Source of the DNA: an uncultured Planctomycetota bacterium | GTDB taxonomy: Bacteria > Planctomycetota > Planctomycetia > Gemmatales > Gemmataceae | Direction: 5' to 3' | Assembly (NCBI GenBank): GCA_963849325.1 | Contig: CAWKHF010000001.1 | Span: forward strand, 96,001-160,000 | DNA length: 64,000 nucleotides | Shown: in pieces, positions 63,754 through 64,000 of the stretch | How the letters are laid out: each line of letters starts with the position of its first letter | How positions within the stretch are numbered: the stretch's first letter is position 1 | Notes under the pieces: model-generated | What the model saw: only the letters and a program-made list of their open reading frames with translations | Database searches by the model: none | Told to the model about the DNA's origin: nothing | Position numbers and translations under genes: made by a program

Positions 63754-63981
63754 GCGCCGCGGCAACCCCTTCCAGCCCCCTGCCCAGACGGGAAGAGAGC
63801 TTCCCGACCGGCGTTCCCCAGCCCAGCGGGCCACGAGGACAAACGAGGGGAACGAACCGAATCCGTCCCCGCACCTCGTGAACTCCGCCGCACTGGTTCG
63901 ACTGTTACGCCGGAGCGGCTCGCTGTTAGAATGAGTCCTGCGGGGGAGAGGGGCGGTCGGCGCACCCGATGGGAGCGATCC

Positions 63982-64000
63982 GTGTCCATCGTCGTCGAAG
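63982..64000 (+). CDS. Probable start of the next gene (MSIVVE...), cut by the window edge
   Basis: GGGAG RBS, GTG start, TGtTAGAAT -10 at 63924-63932. Confidence 0.4.

Noticed and set aside
1-64000. tRNA, rRNA, integrase, transposase or prophage genes
   Set aside because: No cloverleaf or T-loop signatures and no recombinase, transposase or phage motifs were recognised by eye. A tRNAscan-SE or Infernal run would be definitive.

Overview
This is a GC-rich bacterial chromosome segment, most likely from Planctomycetota (Gemmataceae-like). That assignment is inferred from the DUF1501, TIGR03000-type, PQQ-propeller, DUF11, short SecA paralog and CsrA genes. About 45 genes are present, including cysE, sua5, sppA, lysC, an SNF2 helicase, an RND efflux system, an RNA ligase, alpha-2-macroglobulin, potABC, a type III PKS, tkt, zwf and csrA. 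Many genes are split by single-base indels that look like uncorrected long-read errors rather than real pseudogenes. I saw no rRNA, tRNA, CRISPR array or autonomous transposase. Main highlights: (1) A four-gene cluster has two exported redoxin/CxxCH/PHM-like copper monooxygenases flanking two retropepsin-PDZ proteases; a PAL-like lyase lies elsewhere in the window, so this may be a bacterial peptide-processing or amidation system. (2) There are three candidate small RNA genes, each with a promoter and terminator; two are sigma54-driven, one with GGGAG loops and one with C-rich motifs. (3) Several inverted heptamer-repeat hairpins and REP-like palindrome families occur, and one heptamer element sits in frame inside the RNA ligase gene. 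(4) Two tandem exported proteins share an unnamed domain next to a short SecA paralog. All protein calls come from motif recognition by eye, not database searches.
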